From Spirochaetota bacterium (lineage in GTDB: Bacteria > Spirochaetota > UBA12135 > COTS27 > CBDBHE01), in assembly GCA_965205605.1 (NCBI GenBank), contig CBDBHE010000002.1:107944-171943 (forward strand): a stretch of DNA of 64,000 nucleotides. Reading direction: 5' to 3'. Shown in pieces: positions 42,634-52,919 of this stretch. The notes under the pieces are model-generated. The model made no database searches. It worked only from the letters and a program-made list of their open reading frames with translations, and was not told where the DNA came from. Within the stretch, counting starts at the first letter, position 1, and every line of letters begins with the position of its first letter. The translations under genes were made by a program, and so were the position numbers.

Positions 42634-45627
42634 ATGTTGAAAATTCCTTTTTTTATTTTTTTATTCTTTTGTTTTTCTCTTTTTTCAAAGTCTTTAGAAA
42701 AAACAAATTTATCAGAAGAGCCAATTCTTTTATCTAATTTGCCACCTGATGAAACGATAAAAAAAAAACGTAGTCAAAATCTCATTATTCCCTTTGAAAG
42801 CTTAGAAAATCTTTCAAAAGGAGGTTTTTATATTATCAATGATTTGGATATTAAATCAAAAAAAGAATGGTCTTTTAATTTTAGAGAACTTGTCATTAAT
42901 ATGGTCAAGCAAACTAACCAAGGAGTTCTTAAAAATTTAGCAAATTCTTTAAGTCTTTCTTATTCTAATGATACAGATCTCCTTGCTCTTCAATCAAAAA
43001 TTTTAAACCATCTTGAAGCTTCTGATTCTTCTAAAAAAGAAAGTATTCAAAAGAAAAAAATTTTTCCAAATATTCCCAACTCGGGCATTATTTTAAAGAA
43101 TGCCGATATTTTAGAAAGCTATGGAGAAAAAGTAGAAAACTCTGAAGAAAAAATTATTAAATTATTTGGTAATATAGAAATTTTTTTTCAAGAATCTACT
43201 ATTTATGCTAACCAAGCTATTTTAAATACCTCTTCTAAACAAATTTTTTTTCAAGACCAAGTTTTTTTACATGCTAATCAAATAAATGCTCATGCAGATC
43301 GCTTGATTTTAGATATTGAAAAAAAGACGGGGTTTGCTCTTAAGATTAAAGGAAATATAGATAGTAATTATTACACAGGTGAACTTTTGAAAATTAATAG
43401 TGATGCTCATGTCACTGTTGAAAAAGCTGCCATTACATTTACTTCTAACAAAAATCCTGAATATGTAATTACGGCCGATAGTTTTGACTACTTTGGAAAT
43501 CAAAATATGATTTTAGAAAATATCATTATGTATGTTCATAATCAACCTTTTTTTTATTTTCCGTTTTTTATGCAAGATCCTTTTGGGACAGGTGTTGAGA
43601 TGTATTTTGGAAATACTCGTAGAGAAGGTTATTACTTGTTAATGAGTTTGTCTTTAAAAATTCCTCTGTTCAAGCAGTTGGATTTGGAATTTAATACTTA
43701 TGAAAAAATAGGGACTTACTTTAGAATTAAAAATTCAAATGACTTCTTATGGAGTTATTATGAACTCGATTTTGCTTTTTCAAGATATCTTTTTAATGAA
43801 AATATCCCCTCTGCTACTCTTTTAAGATATACCTTCCATACAACTGATAGGTTAGATCAAGATGTCCGCTATCGTTATAAAATAAATTATAACCATAAAT
43901 TATCTTTACAAGATCCAGACCAGTCTCTTTTGAAAAATACTCTTTATTGGGATATTAATTATAGTTCTGACCCTTTTTTTACTTCTGATTTGGAGAGAAA
44001 TTTACCTAAACTTGATTTATTTGATTTAATTGGCTCTTCTACACAAGAAGGTTTTTATGTGAATACTCCTTATAATAGAAGGCGTTATTTAGTAGAGTAT
44101 CATATTGGTATAAAGCAATTTGGGTTTCAACTAAGAAATCAATGGGAATATGCTAATAGAGAAAATAAATCTGTTTTAGATAAAGCGTCTTATGAAAGAT
44201 GGGATAACGCTTTGGACTATGTGGTTTTACCTTATATGAAATTTACTTATCAAGATACAATTGACCCTGTTCCAAGTGATGATGAAAAGAGAAAAAGAGG
44301 TTTTGGTTATCTAAATCTTAATTATAATCTATCAGCAGATGTTTCTATTAGAGAATATTATGAAAGAGTGCTTCCTTATAATTTTGAAAGAAATGAAAAT
44401 GATTTTAATTTTTTAGGGGCTTTGTCTAGAAGATGGCTTTGGAATACACAAGGAGATGCTTTTCCTATTTTTGATTTTCAATATTTTTCTACTTTTCAAT
44501 TTAATTATAAAAAAAAATGGGGAGGTGAAGAATTAGGAGAGGTTTATATTAATCAAAATAAAGATAACACTTATTATCAAGTGGCGTTTAATCAAGAAGC
44601 TGTCTTTAATTTCCCAACAACAAAAATAAAGAAAAAATGGCATAAAAGTTATGAAATTGACTCTATGTTCCCGACTCTTAATTTCAAATTTAACCACCGT
44701 ATTAAAAAAAGAAGTGTTCTTAAAAATAAAGAAGTCCTTGATTTTAATTTTAGTGAATTTGCAGATCATAATTTTAGAGCTTCTAGTACAGTGGTTTGGC
44801 CTTGGTATGGTTTGTTTTTAATTCCTTATTTAAATGGTTCTCATATAGGAAATGTGACTTTGAATTACAATTTGATTCCTGATCTTCAAGATTCTACTTT
44901 TTCAGATTTTTTTAATGAAAGTCGTTTTATTAATATTAATGGTAGTTGGGTTTATCGAGGAGCTTACCGAAATCTTTGGGTTTATTCTTCAGAGTTACTT
45001 GTTGATTTTTATGACGAAAAAGAAAGCAAAGTTTATACTCAAATAACGCAAAATTCTTTTTCAACTACTTTTAAATTTGAAGATTTTTTTAAAGAAATGA
45101 AAGACTTTTTACTTTTAGATCAATTACACGCTACTTATACTTGGAATTATTACTTTGAAAATATTAATTACCTTTTAGATACGATGACCTTTCAATGGTT
45201 GTTTCGATTTAATGTGGTAAAATATTGGCAATTTGATGTGGCTTTTAATAGTTTAAATAATCAAGCGTTTCTTTATTTTAAAGAAAAATCAAATGAATTT
45301 GGCGTCAATCAAGTCAATTTTTTTCAAGATATTGCTGCTTCACTTGGATTTTTAGGTTCCGATCAATTAAAAAGTAGTCTTTTTAAAATTCAGCGAATTA
45401 ATTTTTCATTGGTTCATGACTTGGAAAGTTGGTATGTGAGGTTAGATTATTCTGTTTATCCGGTTGTGTTGCCCTCTCAATCAGGGGCTTTAAAAGGCTT
45501 TTATTTTGATCAAAAAATTTCTTTTGAAATCAATTTTAAACCAGAACATTATCCTAATAAACAAAATTCTCAATTATTTAGTCCTTGGAATAGAGATGTT
45601 AGGCCATCTGTTTTTGAAAATTTTTAA
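42634..45627 (+). CDS. LPS-assembly protein LptD-like outer membrane protein
   Basis: Signal peptide, beta-jellyroll segment (GNIEIFF...YAN), PFFYFPFF, long aromatic beta-strand-rich C-terminal half with HDL..W. Confidence 0.65.
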   Translation: MLKIPFFIFLFFCFSLFSKSLEKTNLSEEPILLSNLPPDETIKKKRSQNLIIPFESLENLSKGGFYIINDLDIKSKKEWSFNFRELVINMVKQTNQGVLKNLANSLSLSYSNDTDLLALQSKILNHLEASDSSKKESIQKKKIFPNIPNSGIILKNADILESYGEKVENSEEKIIKLFGNIEIFFQESTIYANQAILNTSSKQIFFQDQVFLHANQINAHADRLILDIEKKTGFALKIKGNIDSNYYTGELLKINSDAHVTVEKAAITFTSNKNPEYVITADSFDYFGNQNMILENIIMYVHNQPFFYFPFFMQDPFGTGVEMYFGNTRREGYYLLMSLSLKIPLFKQLDLEFNTYEKIGTYFRIKNSNDFLWSYYELDFAFSRYLFNENIPSATLLRYTFHTTDRLDQDVRYRYKINYNHKLSLQDPDQSLLKNTLYWDINYSSDPFFTSDLERNLPKLDLFDLIGSSTQEGFYVNTPYNRRRYLVEYHIGIKQFGFQLRNQWEYANRENKSVLDKASYERWDNALDYVVLPYMKFTYQDTIDPVPSDDEKRKRGFGYLNLNYNLSADVSIREYYERVLPYNFERNENDFNFLGALSRRWLWNTQGDAFPIFDFQYFSTFQFNYKKKWGGEELGEVYINQNKDNTYYQVAFNQEAVFNFPTTKIKKKWHKSYEIDSMFPTLNFKFNHRIKKRSVLKNKEVLDFNFSEFADHNFRASSTVVWPWYGLFLIPYLNGSHIGNVTLNYNLIPDLQDSTFSDFFNESRFININGSWVYRGAYRNLWVYSSELLVDFYDEKESKVYTQITQNSFSTTFKFEDFFKEMKDFLLLDQLHATYTWNYYFENINYLLDTMTFQWLFRFNVVKYWQFDVAFNSLNNQAFLYFKEKSNEFGVNQVNFFQDIAASLGFLGSDQLKSSLFKIQRINFSLVHDLESWYVRLDYSVYPVVLPSQSGALKGFYFDQKISFEINFKPEHYPNKQNSQLFSPWNRDVRPSVFENF

Positions 45628-45650
45628 TGAGTTGGTTATAATAAAAACTA

Positions 45651-46585
45651 ATGAAACGAATTTTGATTTCAGGTGGAGCTGGTTTTATTGGTTCTAATTT
45701 GTGTCTTCAACTTTTAAAAGCAGGTCATGAAGTTATTGTCCTTGACAATTTTTTGACTTCTCGTAAAAAAAATATTCTCTCTTTCTATGAATATCCTCTT
45801 TTTGAATTAATAAGACATGACCTAATAAATCCTATTATGATTGAGGTTGATGAAATTTATCATTTAGCTTGTCCTGCTTCTCCTATTCACTATCAAAAAA
45901 ACCCTATTAAAACCATTAAAACAAATATTTTAGGCACGATGAATATGTTGGGTTTAGCCAGACGTATTCAGGCAAAAATTTTATTTGCCTCTACTTCAGA
46001 AATTTATGGAGACCCTATAGAGCATCCTCAAAAAGAATCTTACTGGGGAAATGTCAATCCTATTGGATGGCGTTCTTGTTATGATGAAGGTAAACGAGTC
46101 GCTGAATCTTTATGTTTCAACTATCACTACTCTAATAAAATTGAAGTTAAAATCCCACGTATTTTTAATACGTATGGTCCTTGTATGAATTCTTTTGATG
46201 GACGAGTGATTAGCAATTTTATTATTCAAGCACTTAAAAACGAATCGATCCATCTTTATGGAGATGGCTCTCAAACAAGATCCTTTTTGTTATGTTGATG
46301 ATCTTGTACGTGCTTTAATCAGTATGATGGGACATAAAGATATTTTGCTCGGTCCTATTAATTTGGGTAACCCTGAAGAATATTCTATTAAACAAATTGC
46401 TTCTAAAGTCACTCAGATGACAGAAAGTTCTTCTAAAATAGTTTGTAAGGAATCACTTCCAGATGATCCTAAAAGGCGTTGCCCTGATATTAGTTTGGCA
46501 ATTGAAAAGCTTAATTGGAAACCAAAAATTTTTTTGGAAGAGGGGTCTTAGAAAAACAATCGATTATTTTAAAAAAAATATTTAA
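45651..46585 (+). CDS. UDP-glucuronic acid decarboxylase (frameshifts at ~46284-46288 and ~46542-46545)
   Basis: [45 protein letters not shown] and EEGLRKTI are restored by removing single bases. Confidence 0.92.
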
Positions 46586-46683
46586 CTAGTTTTTGAAATG
46601 TTTTTATATTATTCTTTCTTAAAGAGTCTATACTATAATTAAAAAAACTTTCAAATGATAAATATAGCTTAAGGGTAGGTTTT

Positions 46684-47856
46684 ATGAGTGATGATGTTTT
46701 ATTTCAAATAAAAGAAAAATCTTTAGACACAGGTTTAAGAGGGGTTCCAGTTGGCCATTGTCCTACAAGTCAAGTAGACCCTCAAAAAGGACTGACCTAT
46801 CGAGGTTATCCGATTATGAATTTGGCTTATAAAGATCCAGAAGAAATTATTTATTTGCTGCTCCATAGCCATTTGCCAAATGTTAATGAGCTTAAATCTT
46901 TTAAAAAAAAACTAGTTGCTTTGGTTGGTTTACACGATGGAGTTTTTGAGCATATCAAGTCATTGCCCAAAAAAGCTCATCCTATGAAATGTTTTATTTC
47001 TTCGCTTAATGCAATCGGAATGTATCATGCTAAAGGAAATTATGAAGAAGATGGACTTTTTGCAATTGCTAATTTGCCGAGTATGGTAGCTGCTTTGTTT
47101 CGTGTTCATTTGGGGTGGGGTGATGTTATTGAAAGTAAAGCTGATTTGGGTTATATTGAAAATTTCGTGCATATGTTAAAGCCACCTAAGGAAAATAAAA
47201 ATTTAATTGATTTGCTCAGAGTTTTTGAAATTTTACATTTTGATCATGGAGGAGGAAACCTTTCTACTTTTGTTGGTAAAGCAATTGCTTCTGCTCAGGC
47301 TGATATTTATGAATCCTTAATAGGAGCTATGGCAGGATTAGCAGGTCCTTTACATGGAAAAGCAAATCAAGAGTGTCTTTTGTTTTTAAAAGAAGCTTTG
47401 GGAGTTATAAAAAATCCAAATGATAAAAATAAAATTCAAAATTTTTTAGAAGATATTTGGGCTCAAGGAAAAAAAGTTTATGGCTTCGGTCATGCGGTGT
47501 TACGAGTAGAAGATCCTAGAGCAACGATACAATATCAATTAGGTGAAAAAATAGCTTCTAATGATCCTATTTATATTTTAGCTAAAAATTTGAGAGAAAT
47601 AGCCTCTGTCTTTTTAAGTAAACAAAAAAAAGTATCTAATCCGTATCCTAATGTAGATGCAGTCTCAGGATCCTTGCTTAATGCTTGTGGTCTTACCGAT
47701 AGTTCTTATTATACAGTTTTTTTTGGAATGTCTAGATGTGTAGGGATTATTATTCAAATCATTTACGAAAGAACAATAGCAAGGCAAGGCAAGGGCACTC
47801 CTATTGTAAGACCAAAATATCTTTATAATGGCCCCCAATTAAATAATAATTCTTAA
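46684..47856 (+). CDS. gltA: Citrate synthase
   Basis: GLRG, DHGGGNLST, GPLHGKAN, GFGHAVLR..DPR, YPNVD. Confidence 0.92.
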   Translation: MSDDVLFQIKEKSLDTGLRGVPVGHCPTSQVDPQKGLTYRGYPIMNLAYKDPEEIIYLLLHSHLPNVNELKSFKKKLVALVGLHDGVFEHIKSLPKKAHPMKCFISSLNAIGMYHAKGNYEEDGLFAIANLPSMVAALFRVHLGWGDVIESKADLGYIENFVHMLKPPKENKNLIDLLRVFEILHFDHGGGNLSTFVGKAIASAQADIYESLIGAMAGLAGPLHGKANQECLLFLKEALGVIKNPNDKNKIQNFLEDIWAQGKKVYGFGHAVLRVEDPRATIQYQLGEKIASNDPIYILAKNLREIASVFLSKQKKVSNPYPNVDAVSGSLLNACGLTDSSYYTVFFGMSRCVGIIIQIIYERTIARQGKGTPIVRPKYLYNGPQLNNNS

Positions 47857-48207
47857 TCTAAAAACAACTTATTTTTGATTTTAATCGATTTTTGTAAATT
47901 CTTTTTTTTGCGATAAAAATTCTTTTTATCGATTAAGAGAAACCCTTTGTTTTTTTTAAAAAAAGTTTAAAAATATTAAAAATCCTGTGGACAGACAACA
48001 TTAGAAATGATAACCTATGTTTACTTTTTGTTTGAAAATTCTAATGTTTTTTTAAAAAAAATAAAGAATTTTTTAAATTTAATCAAATCTTTTCTCTTGA
48101 TTGATTAAAAGATTTTTAACAAGTTTTTTTGATTTTGTGGGAGAAAATTAAAAATTTTCTTTTATTGTAATTATTAAAATTTAAAAGGTGGGTTTCTTAA
48201 AGCTTTA

Positions 48208-49297
48208 GTGTCTTCTAAAAAAAAAATCTTAATCGGTAATCGTACTTTCATTTTAGATCAACAAAAAGCAGAAAAAGCTTTTGAGGCTAAGAAAATTATA
48301 AATGGAAAAAAAACAATTACTTTTAATTTACTTCCTTTAAAGTATCCTTGGGCATATGATCTTTATAAAAAAATGAAAGCTAATCATTGGGAACCAGAAG
48401 ATATTCCAATGAATAGAGATATTGAACAGTGGCGTGGTAATGCTATCAGTGATGTTGAAAGATGGATTGTTAAAATAGGGGTTGGTTATTTCTCTGCAGC
48501 AGAGGGGATTGTAGGAGATAATGTTATTCACGTTGTAAGAGAGCTCGTAACTGCTCCAGAATTAAAACTTGTTTTAGGTCGCCATGCTCACGAAGAAAAT
48601 GTTCATTGCAGATTCTCTTTTGTACATGATCTCATCACTTGGCATTAATCCTCACGAAGCTGAAGCCATGTTTGAAGATATCGCTTCCATTGTTAAAAAA
48701 AATGAATTTGTTATGAAAACTTCCCAACAACTTAGAAGAGATTTAGACCTCACTGTTTTAGAAAATAAAAAACTTTTTGCAAAAAATCTTTTTGTTTTTG
48801 GTCAATGTATGGAAGGGACTCAATTTTATGGGCTTTTCGGTATGATTTTAGGTCTTTATCGTCAAAATAAATTCCCAGGAATTGGTCAAATGTTTCGGTA
48901 TACTTTAAGGGATGAGTCTAACCATATCGCTTTATTTAGAGATCTTTTCAATTACCTTGTTGAAGAAAACCCTGAAATCTGGACAAACGACTTTAAACAA
49001 GAATTAACTGATTTAATGTTAGAGGCAATTAAATATGAAAAAGAATTTATTACTGATTGTTTGCCTGTCAATGCAATTGGTCTTGTTGTAGAAGATTTCC
49101 ATCTTTACATTGATTATATTGCAGATAGAAGGCTTGAAAGTGTTAATTTAAAATCAATCCAAGGCAAAATGACAAATCCTTTTCCTTGGCTTGCTGAAAT
49201 GATGGATATTCAAAAAGAACAAAACTTTTTTGAAGGGAGAGTAACAGAGTATCAAAAATCATCTTCTTTAATTATGGATCATGATGATGAATTATGA
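48208..49297 (+). CDS. nrdB: Ribonucleotide reductase beta subunit, class Ic-like (+1 frameshift at ~48606)
   Basis: HWEPE, FSAAEG, EENVH(A)DSL, MEG..FY, RDESNH, NFFEGRVTEY across two ORFs. Confidence 0.92.
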
Positions 49298-49334
49298 TTT
49301 TTTTAAAATTTAAAATTAGGGAGAAATTTTAGAA

Positions 49335-52300
49335 GTGCATGAACAAAGTAAGGTTTTAAAAAGGGATATAGCTTTAAAAAAGTATATTTCTAGTAGAAAT
49401 GGAGACAAATCAAAGTATCAATGGCATGAAATTTTTACTCAAAATAATACCTCTACTTTAGAAGTTAAAGATTCTTTAATTAAAATTATTCAATACGATC
49501 TTGAAGATGATTATAATTCTTATAAAATAGCTGAGAAAGTTGGTAGGGCTCTTACCAATCTTTATATGTCTCTTTCAAAAAATGAAAATGAGATTTTTAC
49601 TGAAAAAAACAAAGCCTTTGTTTACAAAGTTGTTAAAAAAGTATCTAGTACAATCTCTGAAATGAAGGAGGAGTATCTTAAAAACAATAAAAGTAAAGAA
49701 GGTGTTTCTTTTAGATTAAATATTAAAGATTTAAATTATCTTATAGAAAAGACCCTCGTTGATCTTAATGCTTATGATATTGCAACTAGTTTTCTTTTAG
49801 AACAATCTTTTGAAAAAAAAGAACAAGAAGAATCTCTTAAAGGTAAGGTAAGAGTTATTAGAAGAAACAATCAAATTGTGCCTTGGAATTCTGCCAAAAT
49901 TGAAGTGGCAGTTAGAAAAGCTTTTTTAAGCTTAGAGAAAAATTCTTCACCAGCCGTTGCAATTGTGGAGGCTGTTTGTAAATTTGTTGAGTCTGCAAAA
50001 ATAAAATATATTCATATAGAAGAAATACAAGATTTGGTTCAAGAAGAAATCATGAAAGCCGGTCACTTTAAAGTAGCAGAAAACTACATTATTTATAGAA
50101 CCCAAAGAAACTTTCATCGTGATTTAGAAAAAAAAGACAAGCAAGATTCACCTTCTAAAAAAAGCGCTTCTCAACTTAATTTGGTTTTGATTATTAAGGA
50201 AAATCAAAGTTCTTTTATGTGGGATGGGGAAGATTTGAAAAAACGAATCTCATACGCCATGATGGGGCTTGATTTGTGTTTGAATTTTGAAGAAATAGAA
50301 ATAGAGCTACGGAGATCTATTTTTAATGGGATTACAGAAAAGGATATAAAAAAAACCATTGTTTTAAACGCCAAAGCCTTGATTGAAAAAGATGCTGACT
50401 TTTCTCTTTTTAGTGGTAGAATCTTACTTTCTTATATTTATGAAGAAGTTCTTAATTGGGATATCGTTAGAAATGGAATTGGAAAATTAAAACAATTTCA
50501 TGAAAAATTTTTCAAAAAATACCTTTTAAAAGGAATCGAAATTGGCATTTTAGATGAAAACCTTCTTTCATATAAACTTGAAAAACTGAGTAAAATGTTA
50601 GATCCTACCTCAGATATGGACTTTGATTATTTAGGCATCCAAACCCTTTATGATCGATATCTACTTGTTGATAAAACAAAAAAACAACATAGACGAATTG
50701 AAACCCCTCAAATTTTTTGGATGCGTGTTGCCATGGGGATTTTTCTCAACGAAGAAAAGAAAAAAGAAGATTTTGTTATTGAGCTTTATTCTCTTTATAA
50801 ATCAAGGCTTTTTTGTTCTTCCACACCCACCCTTTTTAACTCAGGGACAAAGCATTCTCAATTATCTTCTTGCTACTTATATTGGGTTGATGATTCTATT
50901 GAAGGAATTATGCAAAGAGGAATTGCAGAAAATGCTTATCTTTCAAAATGGGCTGGTGGGCTTGGTGGTAGTTGGACATCGGTTAGAGGGGTTGGTTCTT
51001 ATATTAATGGGACTAATGGAGAAAGTCAGGGAGTGATTCCTTTTTTAAAGCTTCATAATGATCAGCTTGTTGCTGTTAATCAAGGAGGAAAAAGAAAGGG
51101 TTCTGGCTGTGTTTATTTAGAAATTTGGCATAATGATTTAATGGAATTTTTAGAACTTAGAAGAAATACTGGTGATGATAGAAGGCGAACTCATGATATG
51201 AATACAGCAAATTGGATACCAGATTTATTTATGAAACGTCTTGAACTTAGAAAAAATTGGACTTTGTTTCGTTCTAATGAAGTTCTTGATTTGCATCATA
51301 TTTATGGAGAAAAATTTGAAAAACGTTATGTGGAATATGAAAAAAAAGCAGAAAAAGGGCTTATCTATAGCAAAGTAATGCCCGCTATCGAAATCTGGAA
51401 AAAAATATTACAAATGCTTTTTGAGACAGGACATCCTTGGATTACCTTTAAAGATGCTTGTAATATCAGAAACCCACAAAGTCATAAAGGGGTGATTCAT
51501 AGTTCTAATTTATGTACCGAAATTACCTTAAATACAGGTAAAGATGAAACAGCTGTTTGTAATCTTGGTTCGATTGTTATTGACAACCATTTAGATGAAT
51601 TTGGAAATATTGAGCATAAAAAACTTAAAGAAACAATTAGTATTGCTATTAGGGCTCTTGATAATATTATTGATATTAATTTTTATCCTACTAAACCAGC
51701 TAAAAATTCTAATGAAAGACATCGACCTATTGGTTTAGGTGCTATGGGGCTTCAGAATGCTCTTTATAAAAAAAATATTTCCTTTGCTTCTAAAGAAGCA
51801 ATTGAATTTAATGATGAATTTTTTGAATCGCTTTGTTATTATGCGTATGAAGCTTCAAGTGAATTAGCTAAAGAAAAAGGAGCTTACTCCTCATATAAGG
51901 GTTCAAAATGGTCTAAAGGGCTGCTCCCTTTAGATACAGCTAAAATTTTAGAAGAAAAAAGGCAAATTTCAATAGGAATTCCTCTTGAAAAAATCAAAAT
52001 GAATTGGGATAATCTTAAAGAAAAAATTAAAAAACATGGAATGAGAAATAGTAATGTAGTTGCCATTGCACCAACAGCAACCATCTCTAACATTATGAAA
52101 ACAACTCCTTGTATTGAACCCACTTATAAAAATCTTTTTGTCAAAAGCAATCTTAGTGGAGATTTTATTGTTTTAAACTCTTATTTAGTAAAAGATTTAA
52201 AAAAAATAGGTTTGTGGAATCAAGAAATGATTGATAATTTAAAGTATTTTGATGGAGAATTAGAAGATATTGATATTATTCCAGAAAAAATTAAAAATAA

Positions 52301-52607
52301 ATATGTCACTTCTTTTTTAATAGACTACAATTTTATTATTGATGCTGCTGCTAGAAGACAAAAATGGATTGATCAATCTCAATCTTTAAATCTTTGGTTA
52401 AAGCATCCTAGTATTAAAATCATGTCTCATATGTATCGAGCGGCATGGAAAAAAGGAATTAAAACAACTTATTATTTACGGACTTTAGGAGCCTCTAATA
52501 TTGAAAAAGCAACGATTGCACTTAAAACTCAAAGAGAAGGGGAAGAAAAAGAAGCGAATAAAAATGTTTGTTCTTTAGATGATGATCCTTGTGAAGTTTG
52601 TCAATAA
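49335..52607 (+). CDS. nrdA: Ribonucleotide reductase alpha subunit with N-terminal extension and ATP cones
   Basis: VIRRN...KI ATP cone, TPTLFNSG, SSCYL, SNLCTEI, APTATIS, KTTYY, C-terminal CEVC. Confidence 0.96.
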   Translation: MHEQSKVLKRDIALKKYISSRNGDKSKYQWHEIFTQNNTSTLEVKDSLIKIIQYDLEDDYNSYKIAEKVGRALTNLYMSLSKNENEIFTEKNKAFVYKVVKKVSSTISEMKEEYLKNNKSKEGVSFRLNIKDLNYLIEKTLVDLNAYDIATSFLLEQSFEKKEQEESLKGKVRVIRRNNQIVPWNSAKIEVAVRKAFLSLEKNSSPAVAIVEAVCKFVESAKIKYIHIEEIQDLVQEEIMKAGHFKVAENYIIYRTQRNFHRDLEKKDKQDSPSKKSASQLNLVLIIKENQSSFMWDGEDLKKRISYAMMGLDLCLNFEEIEIELRRSIFNGITEKDIKKTIVLNAKALIEKDADFSLFSGRILLSYIYEEVLNWDIVRNGIGKLKQFHEKFFKKYLLKGIEIGILDENLLSYKLEKLSKMLDPTSDMDFDYLGIQTLYDRYLLVDKTKKQHRRIETPQIFWMRVAMGIFLNEEKKKEDFVIELYSLYKSRLFCSSTPTLFNSGTKHSQLSSCYLYWVDDSIEGIMQRGIAENAYLSKWAGGLGGSWTSVRGVGSYINGTNGESQGVIPFLKLHNDQLVAVNQGGKRKGSGCVYLEIWHNDLMEFLELRRNTGDDRRRTHDMNTANWIPDLFMKRLELRKNWTLFRSNEVLDLHHIYGEKFEKRYVEYEKKAEKGLIYSKVMPAIEIWKKILQMLFETGHPWITFKDACNIRNPQSHKGVIHSSNLCTEITLNTGKDETAVCNLGSIVIDNHLDEFGNIEHKKLKETISIAIRALDNIIDINFYPTKPAKNSNERHRPIGLGAMGLQNALYKKNISFASKEAIEFNDEFFESLCYYAYEASSELAKEKGAYSSYKGSKWSKGLLPLDTAKILEEKRQISIGIPLEKIKMNWDNLKEKIKKHGMRNSNVVAIAPTATISNIMKTTPCIEPTYKNLFVKSNLSGDFIVLNSYLVKDLKKIGLWNQEMIDNLKYFDGELEDIDIIPEKIKNKYVTSFLIDYNFIIDAAARRQKWIDQSQSLNLWLKHPSIKIMSHMYRAAWKKGIKTTYYLRTLGASNIEKATIALKTQREGEEKEANKNVCSLDDDPCEVCQ

Positions 52608-52628
52608 ACACAATTAGTTTTAAAAAAA

Positions 52629-52702
52629 TAGGACTGAGAGGAGTCGAACCTCCGACACATGGTTTAGGAAACCACTGCTCTATCCAACTGAGCTACAGCC
52701 CC
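52629..52702 (-). tRNA. tRNA-Arg(CCT)
   Basis: Reverse complement GGGGCTG TAGCTCAGTTGGATAGAGC..gtggt-TTCCTAA-accat..GGTTCGACTCC..CAGTCCT A; CCA not encoded. Confidence 0.93.
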
Positions 52703-52919
52703 AATAGCCAATAATTTTACTCTTTTTTTTTAAAAAATAAAAAAAAAAATGAAATTTTAACTGTTTTTTTAGATAATTAGAATTATACTACTTAAAATAT
52801 CTTTGTGTAATTTATGGAAATAATAAATTTTTCGTTTAACTCTTATGAAGTTTGTTTGTTTTTGTAATCGTTTTCATAAATTAGATTTATTTTTTAAAAA
52901 AGAAGGCAGGTAGTAACTA

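Noticed and set aside
47860-48207. NrdR or DnaA boxes upstream of nrdB (ctgtggacag)
   Set aside because: Only a weak single match with mismatches; no paired NrdR palindromes recognisable.
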